This document shows, piece after piece, positions 37,317 to 46,097 of a stretch of 64,000 nt of DNA. The position numbers and the translations under genes were made by a program. The DNA lies in contig JAVBQL010000020.1 in the NCBI GenBank assembly GCA_031549085.1, positions 1,163 to 65,162 on the forward strand, read 5' to 3'. Origin of the DNA: Spirochaetota bacterium. GTDB taxonomy: Bacteria > Spirochaetota > GWE2-31-10 > MWDO01. The notes beneath the pieces were generated by a model, which saw only the letters and a list, made by a program, of their open reading frames with translations, had not been told where the DNA came from and did no database searches. The stretch's first letter is position 1; the number at the start of each line of letters is the position of its first letter.

Positions 37317-38222
37317 CTAATCAAGAATATATCTTTCCAAACGATTTAACTCTTCTAGACATTTTTCAAATATAGATTCATAAGTGGTGTGATCGAATTT
37401 TATATATCCAACATTTTGATGAAATCGCTCTTCATCATCTTCTGGAATGATAAAATCATTTCCAAAACGCATCAGCATAAAGAATTGAGCATATAACTTT
37501 TTTTCTAAAATATATTCAATATCATTAGATTTTTCGTAGTTCATCTTCAGAACAACCATTAGTGTAGATTGTTCAAGGCTATATTCTACTTGCCAGTAAA
37601 AAATAATCTTATTTATATGAATGCTATTCCATTCAAATCCTAATTTATCAATAATATCTTCACTATTTTTTACATCGATTTTTGATAAATTGAATAAGTT
37701 TTCGATAGTAACATATGACCACTCACTTATTGGCTTCGCTATATCGAGTTTTTTTTCTTTCTCTATGTTTGTAATGTAGTTCAAATAATCATGATAGATT
37801 CTGCTGTTTATATCTTTTTCATATCTTTTTAATATTGTTATAAGTTTATCTCTCGTAAAAACTTTATATGGCTCCACTATATTTGGATTTTCATCCTTAA
37901 TATTAAAATAGATACAAATAAGATTATTATCATCAAATTTTTTAAGATATCTGCCTGTTATAATCCCGTGGTAAGTTTTTTTTGCATCTGGAACAATCTT
38001 ATCATCTATTATTAAAACATATTTATCATCTATTATAACTATTATACCAATATCATACTTCTCTTTGATAATACGAACTTTTTTAAAATCCTCTTTTAAG
38101 TTTGTTAAGCTCTGTAAAAGTAGTGTAGCAGTCAGAAAAAGTGGGTTAGCATCATCTCCTTCATCATTTACAAGATTTAAAAGGCGACTTATAAAATCAT
38201 TTTGTGTTAATGCTTCTTTCAT
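37317..38222 (-). CDS. PD-(D/E)XK-nuclease-like hypothetical protein (weak call)
   Basis: Start moved to ATG 38222 (AAAGGG 7 nt upstream). YDIGIIVIIDDKYVLIIDDKIVPDAKK resembles the iDl...iiIEnKi core strand motif of PDDEXK families. Confidence 0.4.
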   Translation of the reverse strand: MKEALTQNDFISRLLNLVNDEGDDANPLFLTATLLLQSLTNLKEDFKKVRIIKEKYDIGIIVIIDDKYVLIIDDKIVPDAKKTYHGIITGRYLKKFDDNNLICIYFNIKDENPNIVEPYKVFTRDKLITILKRYEKDINSRIYHDYLNYITNIEKEKKLDIAKPISEWSYVTIENLFNLSKIDVKNSEDIIDKLGFEWNSIHINKIIFYWQVEYSLEQSTLMVVLKMNYEKSNDIEYILEKKLYAQFFMLMRFGNDFIIPEDDEERFHQNVGYIKFDHTTYESIFEKCLEELNRLERYILD

Positions 38223-38710
38223 AATTATACCCTTTATATGTATAAAGCAATCTTTAAAATAGGTTGATGTTATATATATTATAAAATAATAAATATAAAA
38301 CACTATATATGATAAATAGATATACTATTTTAGTTTAAGCAGACAATAGGACATATATAACAGATATTTCATTTTTTTGCTACCATTATTTTCTTTTTTA
38401 AGAGATGAAAATATTTTTCTTTAATTTATGGTAAAAAGACTTTTTAATATATATTAAAGTAATACTTTTAAAAAAAATAGAGAAAAGAACATAATTTATT
38501 TTTAAAAGCAATAATTTAATAGAAAAATATTGATTTATAGATATAAAAAGATATAATGTATTGTATTATGGTAAATAATTTTATTAAGTGAGCTCTTATT
38601 TATATTAGTAAAATAGATGAAACTTATATAATCATTCTTAAGAATATAGTATAAGATGAAAGTTTTTTCCAAAATATAATGAAAAAGTTTATAAAAGTAT
38701 TTTAACAGAT

Positions 38711-38763
38711 AAAAACGAAATAATCTATTATATTGATCATTTTTAAAAAATATTTCGTTTTTG
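38711..38763. repeat. Inverted pair of the ATTTCGTTTTT motif
   Basis: AAAAACGAAATAAT (38711-24) and TATTTCGTTTTTG (38751-63) face each other across 26 nt. Confidence 0.5.
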
Positions 38764-38983
38764 CTTATAGCTTTTATTGCTATTTCAAGATTATACTGAT
38801 AAGTCTGTGATTTTTTATCTCTTTATGTTTATTCTTATACAAATATAGAGAGTGAATCTTTTTTATAATAAAAAAATTGTTGATTTTTCGATAAAATAGA
38901 TTTATATTTAACTATCTAAAAAAACAATTTAAGGAGAATACTTTACGATATTAAGTTCTCTTGTATCTTATATAAGGTTATTT

Positions 38984-39158
38984 AAACTAAAACAGATAGG
39001 CCCATAAATTTAAGTAGTTCTTTAGTTTTAGTTTCTAAAATGATAAGTTATTTTTATTCATAAGTGATTTAGTTTTGTACATTGTCATAAGTGATTCAAA
39101 AAAGATGTGCAAAACAATTGTTTTTTGCTTATTTTTTTGGGCCTTTCTGTTTTAGTTT
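38984..39158. repeat. 20-bp long-range inverted repeat with a GGCCCATAAA core, copy e
   Basis: AAACTAAAACAGATAGGCCC (38984-39003) / GGGCCTTTCTGTTTTAGTTT (39139-58), one mismatch. The interior carries TCATAAGTGATT twice. Confidence 0.6.
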
Positions 39159-39398
39159 TAAAGAATAATCTTTTAACCTCTTTTATCTATCTGTTTTTTT
39201 TGCAATTCTAATTGTCTTATAGTCATCCAATTCTTTTATTAACCTCTTTCACATTATAAATAGTTAGAAACACATATTTTAAATAAATAATATGTGTTAT
39301 AAACTGATTATCTTAAAAAAAAGTGTTACCACCCTTATTGATACTATGAAGCAACAATAAGTTGGTAACACTATATTCTTAAATACTATCTCTCTAAA

Positions 39399-42300
39399 TT
39401 AGAAGAGAGCATTTCTTATACCAAATCCTATTTGTGGTATCAGTCTACTGTTAACTTCAGAGGCAATGAAGTAGAATGCAGCCTCCATATAGAGTGCGAA
39501 CTTTCTAAATCCATAGTATCTCTCAACCTTAAAGAAGTCCCACTGGAACATAAAACCAGCAAGTAGTCGGTCAGTTCTCTTGATATCACTATTAGGCTGA
39601 AAAGATGCAGCCCATGTATCGAAGTCTTCTTGGCTACCACCAGAGAACCCACTCATCCAGAAGAACCCTGCACCAATCTCTATTGACCATGAGAAGTTTT
39701 TAGCATCTTCTCCAAAGAAGAACTCAAATGGGATATCAATTACACGGGCTAATATCTTCCCTCCAGCAGCGAAACCACTATATGCGGGGTAATATTGACC
39801 ATACTGCCATCCCCAATTTTCTGAGAATATAGGGTCATCAAGATTGATCCCCATTGCAACAAGGTTCTCTCTTGTTGGAGTCCAACCAAACATCGCCTCC
39901 AGACGCACTATATCATCAAAGAATGATAACCCAAACCCTGTTGATAGAAATGGTCCACCATAGACCTGTGCCCATAGGTACAACCCCTCAATAAATTTAG
40001 GGAGCTTACCAGCGTTTTTATCAAACTGCTTAAATAGAAGTTTAACTTCAGTTATATCATTATTATCTTCAGCGATACCCTTAATAACCACCTTCTCATT
40101 GACTTTTGCGTTCTCAAGAGGAGTATTGATTGTGACTGTTGGCAATTTTCTATCTATTGCTACTTTAAAGTATTGAATACTACTCTTATTTGTGAATGTC
40201 GTTGCCTTTAATTGAAGGGTATGATTTCCATCAAGTAGGTATTGGCTTTGAAGTCTAACAATCCAATCTTTAGTAATTCCTCCGAGTGCCTGTTCAAAAG
40301 TATTTCCATTGTCAATGGTTAGAGCGATATTTTTGATCTTGTTTTTAGCTTTTTGCTGATTAACAAGGCTCATAACCTCAAATTTTGAGACTGGAATTTG
40401 ATCTGGTTCTGGAAGCAGTTCTGGGTTCTTCACATACTTTTTCTTTAGTTGATAATATTTTTTCAACTGAAGCTCTTTTTTCATCTTCAATTCTATATTT
40501 CTTTCATAATATTGAGCTGTTCCCTTAAGCCATGGTCTATGCTCTATTGGCTTTCCATTTGTATGTGAAGTAACATTTATTATAGGACCTGACTCTTGAT
40601 AGTAGAATGTTCTTAAAATTGGTCCAGATGATTTTGGAGGGAATCTAGGATCGAGTTGCTTCTCTGTTGCAATAACTGTAACACTATGTAAACCTTCAGT
40701 TAGATCTCCTGCAGGGAAGGTATACTTCCATACATCAGTTCCCTCTGCCGTGAAGAATTCTCCATTATCAATTTTTACTTTAACAAATTCAAGTCCATCA
40801 TCATCATATGCCGTTCCATAAAACTCAATAATATCTCCCATTATGCTTTGGTTACTTTGTGGTTGGTCAAGCTCTACTGTTGGAAGATCTGACATAGGAT
40901 CTACCAAAAAGAATGAGCTCTTTTCTGTTACATTTCCTGCAATATCAACTGCTTTGATTAGGATATAATATTTATACATAGGAGGCCATCTTGTGGTATC
41001 AATCTCATAGTACCACGCCTCTTTTCCAATTGTTTCCGCATATCCATCCTCATCAGCAATTTCACTTGGAAGCATGGAGTTGTTGTTTTCATCAACTATT
41101 TTTATATATACATTATCTAAAGCGATGTTATCACTTGCACGTCCCTCTATTTTATAGATATTATTGACTGATTCTCCTACTCTAGGACGAATTATACCAA
41201 CCTCTGGAGGGGTGTTGTCGACGTTGTACATCGCAAATGAGTATGATTCACTTCCAGCCTTATCTCTTGCTCTAATCAAGAACTTTAATATTCCATCAGG
41301 CAGAGCCTTGGTATTTAAATAGTAGTTCCAGCTCTCTTTACCATTGGCCAACTGGAATGACCAACCATTATTGATCGATATTGAGACCTCTTCAATTCCG
41401 TTAGGGTCAACAGCTCGCCCTGTTACAATTCGCTCATCTTTCAGATAGCTTCCATTTGGAGGGCTAAATAGTGATATAACAGGATTTTCATAGTCAAGCT
41501 GGAATCTGACGGTCTTTATATCACTCTTGATTCCAAGGATATCTATCGCCTGAACCTCAATAATATGCTCTCCTGCAACCATTTTACCCTTATCTATAAA
41601 GATTTCCCAGTTTGTTCGATTTGCAGAGAGGGGAGCTTCATGCCATTTTGCATACTCTGTTCCCTTTGATTCAATGATATCTCCCTCATCATTTAGGTAG
41701 ATCTTTCCATGATCAAGCTTATACATAACAGATGCAATTTCATCATCATCAAGGGCTAGACCAGTAATATTTACAACATCACTGAATCTCTCTCCCTCAA
41801 TTGCAGGGCTATTGATGTATACTTTTGGTCTATCTGTTAATGTATCAAATATAATAGACGCCTTTGCTATTGAGGTGTTTCCAGCTCTATCTACTCCAAC
41901 AACATCTATACTTATTGGTTTTGGCTCTGTATTTGTAAGGTCAATGCCATTTATTGCATAGAGGTCATAGTAGCCTTCCCAATATGAGATTCCATTTGCC
42001 AATATCTTCTTTCCATTCAATAAGAAATATGTAGAGTCAACTCTATTGTTATCACTTGTTGTTCCTCTTATTGTAATATTACCATTTTGAGTACTGTTTT
42101 CTGATGGCACCAATATTTTAGTCTCTGGAGGGGTTGTATCATATGTTAGATGATAGATTAATGTTGTCTTTTTTCCAGCATTGTCTTCAACAATCAGAGT
42201 GACTGTATTGTCCCCCTCTTTTAACTGCTCTTTAGGGACATCTATAACAAACATTCTTCCATCATTAAAAAAGAGTCCATTAGTCATAGATTGATAATCT

Positions 42301-45281
42301 GTCAAGAGCATTGTTGTTTCTCTCTCTACAGGATCTATATTTGGAACTCTAACCCCAGAAATATTAGGATTTATCAATGTTGCATTTGTATATGTTGCAT
42401 CATTTGGATTTCCAGTAACATTAACAGCATATTTAAGTGTCAGGTTTTTAGGATCATCATCTTTTATAGAACCATATAGTTTTACGCCACTATTAAATGA
42501 TAAATTTGATGGAGGGTAGAGTATACTCGCTTTTGGAAATTCTTTGTCTACAATAACAGATGAGTTATAAGTATCGATTTTAGAGTGTTCTACTCTAGCA
42601 ACCAATGGAGTTGTTCCTATTACAAGGTTCCCCTTTATAGCATCATCTATCTCAAAGTACTTGAAGTAGTCTCCATTTATATTTTGAACGGCAAGCTCAC
42701 TGTTGCCCAATCTAACAGTTGCCTTTGCTGTTGCAAGAGGAGCATATATATAAAATCCACGGTTTGCATCAACATTAATCTTTTCATCAAAGTAGAAGCC
42801 AACATTTTTGTTTGTTGAATCAAGATATGGGCTTGCAACTCCCTCAAATGTAAGAGCTATTTGATCTGGAGGGTTATCAAAGTTTATAAGAATTGGATAT
42901 TTTGCCTCATTTCCAGCCCTATCTTTTAATGTGATATTTCCAGTATAGTTTAAGAGAGCTCCCTTCTCATTTTTTGTTTTAAGCTCTACTATTTTTGAGC
43001 CTGCTCCACTTATTGCAACTTTATCTTTGCCAGAAATTTCTATCTCAGCGGAGGCAAATGAAAAGTCATCTTCTAGAGTTATTTTAGTATCCTCTTTTAG
43101 CAATAAAACATGTTGGTTTTTATTGTTAACTTCAACAGGGACTCCAATTGCTTTTGGAGGAGTTGTATCAATTATTACAGGGACTCTTGTTATAGAGCTG
43201 TTTAAACCACTGTCAGTTGCCTCTATAACGATTAAATAGACCCCTTTAAGAGCATGAGAGATTGTTGTTGTAAGATTTGCAGAGAAATAGCCCGGTCTTC
43301 CTGCCATTGGTTGAAAATTGCTGTCCATGTACTCTACAACGCTCTTTTTAGCCTCTGGATCAAAAATTGAGAATCTGACACTCTTTAATGGTCCAAAGTT
43401 CTTTATGGTTACAGGTAGATTTATATTTCCATTTAATAGTTTTCCTGCCCATGACGTATTTATAGGTCCAAGTTCAACTTGAGGATACTCCTGCTTCTTC
43501 CAGAATGTTCTTGTTAGGGCATCACTTGGAGTATTTTTTTGGTCTAGTGCAGTTAAAGATAACTTATATTGTCCATCAGGGTATTTTTCACCATCTAGAC
43601 TAACATAGGAGTTTAGGGAGTATCTCGCATCTACACTTCTAGTTAGAATCTCCTCTCCAGCGCTATTGCTTATCTTGATCTCAACATCTTTTATATCACT
43701 CTCACTATCATAAACAGAGCCAAATATTGGCAGTATAGATGAGAATATTTGATTATCTTCAACTGATGATAGAGTTATCACAGGTTTCTCAAGATCTTTT
43801 TTTAGTGTTAGCTTCATAGATGTTACTGCTTTGTTTCCAGCAATATCAGTTACTGTTGCTATGAAGTTGTACACACCATCTTTATATAGATCTGGATCGA
43901 TATATTGAACAACAGGATCTCCAAGGTCAAAACCCCAGAGTGGATTTCCAGGTATAATTTCTACTGGATATGGGTTTTTAGGAGCTCCAGGCCCCTCAAT
44001 CTTTATCATAATATCTTTTATTGCGATATTATCTTCAGCATATCCATAGATCTTTGTTTTATTTCCTACAACAGAGTTTGGCTGAGGATTTTGAAAAGCA
44101 ATCTCTGGCTTTGTATGATCTATTGTAACACTTAATGAGGCAAACCCCTCACTTCCAGTCTTATCTCTTGCTTTTACCCACACAGTTTGTATTCCTTCAG
44201 GTAGCTCTCTTGTGTTTAATGTGAACTTAAAGTTTGCTTTTGTTCTATTTTTTTCGGTAGCACTCATGGTAGCACTTTTGAATGAGTATCTATCATCAGT
44301 AGAGAAGACAACCTCTTCAACACCATTATCATCAGCCACAGTACCAAATATGTTTACTTGCCCAGATAGAACCGCTCCAGATTGAATATTGGAGAATAGA
44401 ATAACCGGAGTCTTTCTATCTAGATTAAATGGAACAATATAATCTTTACTTGCAACACCCTTATGATCATATACTCTAAATCTTATAGAGTGCTTACCAT
44501 CTTTCATACTTGTTGTATCAAGCATATAGCTCCAATATTCTGTACCTGTGGCAACACGCTCCTCCTTCTCGTTATCAACGAAAAGAACAATCTTTCCAAC
44601 CTCATCATCATCATGGGCAGTACCTACAACCATTAGGTTTCCAGGGACACGTGCATTTTGTTGAGGATTTATCACAGTAAGAGATGGGATGTCAGATTTT
44701 GGGTCTATTTTGATGTTGATTGCAGCATCTTCGCTCCAGTTGTCCATGGTATCTTTTGCCTTTACAGCGATACTCCATGTACCGGGCTTTGTCTTTTCAA
44801 CTTCTGATATGTCGAATATTTTTGTCCAGTTGTATATACCATCTACATTGACATAACCATCAAATGGTTTTTTTATTTCCTCTTTTAGTTTTGCTAATAC
44901 ATTTTTTTTGTCTCTTATTTTTATTTCGAGGGCAGAAGCTTTTAATATTTCTGCATCACGCTCATCTATTAATTTTGCGATCTCCTCTTTCTTGTTTGTT
45001 GCGATTAGAGAATTTGTTAAATTAGTTCTTTTTTTATTTATTGCATCATATTCAACCATTAAAGCCTTAATTTCGGCCTTTACTTTTATCTCTTCCTCTT
45101 TCAAGACTTTTTTCTTCTCATTATACTCTTTTTTTGCTAAAGCACTTGTTGGCTTTGGATATCCTGTATCCTTCGGGGCAAATGTAAAGCCTCCGCCAGC
45201 ATCATCTTCTCCCCATAAGTATCCAGAGGTAAGAAACAACAGTGAGATTGAAATCAAAATCAAAACAAACTTTTTAAACAT
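39399..45281 (-). CDS. Giant (1960 aa) surface protein: signal peptide, coiled coil, ~15 Ig-like modules, C-terminal OM beta-barrel-like domain
   Basis: AGGAG lies 6 nt upstream of the ATG. Signal peptide: MFKKFVLILISISLLFLTSGYLWG. A K/E-rich heptad region spans residues ~45-140. Modules recur, e.g. DNTPPEVGIIRPRVGESVNNIYKIEGRASDNIALDNVYIKI. The last ~230 aa have alternating hydrophobic strands and end in ...GFGIRNALF. Confidence 0.9.
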   Translation of the reverse strand: MFKKFVLILISISLLFLTSGYLWGEDDAGGGFTFAPKDTGYPKPTSALAKKEYNEKKKVLKEEEIKVKAEIKALMVEYDAINKKRTNLTNSLIATNKKEEIAKLIDERDAEILKASALEIKIRDKKNVLAKLKEEIKKPFDGYVNVDGIYNWTKIFDISEVEKTKPGTWSIAVKAKDTMDNWSEDAAINIKIDPKSDIPSLTVINPQQNARVPGNLMVVGTAHDDDEVGKIVLFVDNEKEERVATGTEYWSYMLDTTSMKDGKHSIRFRVYDHKGVASKDYIVPFNLDRKTPVILFSNIQSGAVLSGQVNIFGTVADDNGVEEVVFSTDDRYSFKSATMSATEKNRTKANFKFTLNTRELPEGIQTVWVKARDKTGSEGFASLSVTIDHTKPEIAFQNPQPNSVVGNKTKIYGYAEDNIAIKDIMIKIEGPGAPKNPYPVEIIPGNPLWGFDLGDPVVQYIDPDLYKDGVYNFIATVTDIAGNKAVTSMKLTLKKDLEKPVITLSSVEDNQIFSSILPIFGSVYDSESDIKDVEIKISNSAGEEILTRSVDARYSLNSYVSLDGEKYPDGQYKLSLTALDQKNTPSDALTRTFWKKQEYPQVELGPINTSWAGKLLNGNINLPVTIKNFGPLKSVRFSIFDPEAKKSVVEYMDSNFQPMAGRPGYFSANLTTTISHALKGVYLIVIEATDSGLNSSITRVPVIIDTTPPKAIGVPVEVNNKNQHVLLLKEDTKITLEDDFSFASAEIEISGKDKVAISGAGSKIVELKTKNEKGALLNYTGNITLKDRAGNEAKYPILINFDNPPDQIALTFEGVASPYLDSTNKNVGFYFDEKINVDANRGFYIYAPLATAKATVRLGNSELAVQNINGDYFKYFEIDDAIKGNLVIGTTPLVARVEHSKIDTYNSSVIVDKEFPKASILYPPSNLSFNSGVKLYGSIKDDDPKNLTLKYAVNVTGNPNDATYTNATLINPNISGVRVPNIDPVERETTMLLTDYQSMTNGLFFNDGRMFVIDVPKEQLKEGDNTVTLIVEDNAGKKTTLIYHLTYDTTPPETKILVPSENSTQNGNITIRGTTSDNNRVDSTYFLLNGKKILANGISYWEGYYDLYAINGIDLTNTEPKPISIDVVGVDRAGNTSIAKASIIFDTLTDRPKVYINSPAIEGERFSDVVNITGLALDDDEIASVMYKLDHGKIYLNDEGDIIESKGTEYAKWHEAPLSANRTNWEIFIDKGKMVAGEHIIEVQAIDILGIKSDIKTVRFQLDYENPVISLFSPPNGSYLKDERIVTGRAVDPNGIEEVSISINNGWSFQLANGKESWNYYLNTKALPDGILKFLIRARDKAGSESYSFAMYNVDNTPPEVGIIRPRVGESVNNIYKIEGRASDNIALDNVYIKIVDENNNSMLPSEIADEDGYAETIGKEAWYYEIDTTRWPPMYKYYILIKAVDIAGNVTEKSSFFLVDPMSDLPTVELDQPQSNQSIMGDIIEFYGTAYDDDGLEFVKVKIDNGEFFTAEGTDVWKYTFPAGDLTEGLHSVTVIATEKQLDPRFPPKSSGPILRTFYYQESGPIINVTSHTNGKPIEHRPWLKGTAQYYERNIELKMKKELQLKKYYQLKKKYVKNPELLPEPDQIPVSKFEVMSLVNQQKAKNKIKNIALTIDNGNTFEQALGGITKDWIVRLQSQYLLDGNHTLQLKATTFTNKSSIQYFKVAIDRKLPTVTINTPLENAKVNEKVVIKGIAEDNNDITEVKLLFKQFDKNAGKLPKFIEGLYLWAQVYGGPFLSTGFGLSFFDDIVRLEAMFGWTPTRENLVAMGINLDDPIFSENWGWQYGQYYPAYSGFAAGGKILARVIDIPFEFFFGEDAKNFSWSIEIGAGFFWMSGFSGGSQEDFDTWAASFQPNSDIKRTDRLLAGFMFQWDFFKVERYYGFRKFALYMEAAFYFIASEVNSRLIPQIGFGIRNALF

Positions 45282-45695
45282 ATATTCTCCTGATTTTTAG
45301 AAATTTTCTAAAATTATTCAAAAAAAACTTCGCAAATAATATAAAAATGTAATTATACATCAATATATAGTCAATAAGCAATATAAATTAAGAACACAAA
45401 CAATTTTAATACTTAATACTAAGATAATTTAAATACTAAAATTTCGGAATGCTGCGTTTATTAGCTTTAAACCTTGTTTTTTGCTTACAAAACACTTAAT
45501 TTTGAAGACAAAAAACATATTTTTTTATAAATAAGTTACAAAACGGTTTTAATAATTGCTGTTCATTATAGTTTGTGCTCTACAAACAATAACATGCCAA
45601 TAGATACCTTATCTCAACATATTATCACCTAATTTTAAATAATATTCAATAAAAAGTGATATTTTTTTATAAAAATAAAAAAAATGAGAATTATG

Positions 45696-45723
45696 TTGAC
45701 TTTATAGATTATAGGATTATAAT
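45696..45723 (+). promoter_or_regulatory. Sigma70-like promoter candidate for the giant-lipoprotein operon
   Basis: TTGACT (45696-45701), N16, TATAAT (45718-45723). It implies a 5' leader of about 365 nt before ATG 46098. Confidence 0.4.
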
Positions 45724-46097
45724 ATGGTGGAGTAGTAGTGCTTTTTTACCTTTGGATAAGAAAATGTATCTATATTTTATGATTGGTTTTTGACAAGGCT
45801 TATGGTAGATGTATGCTATTTTGTTATTAAACCATCTATCTTTTTTTAATCTTGTCTTTTTTATCAGTTTTTAAAATATAATTACTATTTAAAGTTATAT
45901 TGTTGTATTTAACGATATATAATTTGGAAAAGTATCTTTTTTTTAGTATTTTAATAGAGTAATATTCTACATTTTAACTAATTATTTGATTTTTTTTTGT
46001 AAAATATTATATTTATGACACCATATTTTAATATGGACTTGAAATAATAAACAATAGATAGTATTAGCTTTAAGTATTATACTAAGGAGTTTTATAA

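Noticed and set aside
38984-39160. GTTTTAG-containing repeats as a possible CRISPR array or tracrRNA.
   Set aside because: Only three short, irregularly spaced TTAGTTTTA-like words occur, two of them as parts of one inverted repeat. There is no regular repeat-spacer periodicity and no cas genes in the window.
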